The position numbers and the translations under genes were made by a program. 64,000 nt of DNA from Intoshia linei (Eukaryota > Animalia > Orthonectida). Under the pieces are notes generated by a model. That model made no database searches and was not told the DNA's origin. It saw only the letters and a list, made by a program, of their open reading frames with translations. Positions 63,440 to 64,000 of this stretch are shown in pieces; the first letter of the stretch is position 1; each line of letters starts with the position of its first letter. Location of the stretch: NCBI GenBank assembly GCA_001642005.1, contig LWCA01000043.1:4040-68039 (forward strand), in the 5' to 3' direction.

Positions 63440-63915
63440 CTAATAAATTCACGTTGAAAATCTAACTTAAAAATCCTACTATTCACTATTATCAACATAA
63501 ACAAGTGGTTCCCAAACTTGTTTCAGGTGGAACCATCATATGACATTACTATTGAAAATCTAACTTAAAAATCCTACTATTCACTATTATCAATTCTTTA
63601 AAGGAAAAAATAAATTCACGTTGAAAATCTAATTTAAAAATCCTACTATTCACTATTATCAATCCTTTAAAGGAGTGGTTCCCAAATTTGTTTCAGGTGG
63701 AACCATCATATCACATTACTTTTTACTTTAAATTGAATTATTCCATCTTAATTTATTGTTTGTTAAAATTTGCGTAAAGAATTTTAAAAACAATTGTTAT
63801 TCCATTTTTTTAATTTATTAGACGAATGTGTGTATAATATTAAAAATAAAATAAAAACAGTCCAATCCTAAAAATTTTGATAAATAGCATAAATTCCATA
63901 AAAAAATAAAATTAT
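63440..63915. repeat. Dispersed repeat with hAT-like terminus (AGTGGTTCCCAAA), locally duplicated
   Basis: 63600-63915 is the reverse complement of ~16840-17150; TGAAAATCTAACTTAAAAATCCTACTATTCACTATTATCAA occurs three times. Confidence 0.8.
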
Positions 63916-64000
63916 GAAAACCTATTTTGTCATTTTCAATGTGATAATTAGGGCAAGCAAAAGTTAATAAAGTTAATTTTTGATATGTTAATTAGTTTCA

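Overview
Very AT-rich eukaryotic (animal) genomic DNA. It has many ~30-50 nt GT-AG introns, three head-to-head gene pairs with only ~100-150 bp between ATGs, and longer introns filled with small repeats. This fits a compact-genome invertebrate; an orthonectid such as Intoshia is a guess, not something shown here. Exons were joined by eye, so internal boundaries are approximate. Genes in order: a disrupted intronless SLC6 transporter pseudogene (+); a Myb-repeat TTF1/DMTF1-like gene (-); a secreted multi-EGF gene (+); USP5/13 (-); MRPS27 (+); a small orphan spliced gene (-); OPA1 (-); CDC27 (+); a multi-ShK/mucin gene (-); an ADAMTS-like M12B metalloprotease (-); a highly divergent GW182/TNRC6-like gene (-); and a PLAC8/cornifelin gene (-). 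Mobile DNA: hAT-type MITEs with 8-bp TSDs, a non-autonomous Helitron family, foldback-like minisatellite elements, and relics of integrase, Tc1/mariner and pogo transposases. Most notable: (i) a GW182-like protein that keeps the diagnostic RRM but has almost no GW/WG repeats; (ii) a 4.5-kb OPA1 intron that is a patchwork of unrelated coding fragments, all antisense to OPA1; (iii) an OPA1 that seems to lack its mitochondrial presequence; (iv) a TSP1-less ADAMTS-like protease directly upstream of a ShK-array gene. No rRNA, tRNA or CRISPR array was recognised.
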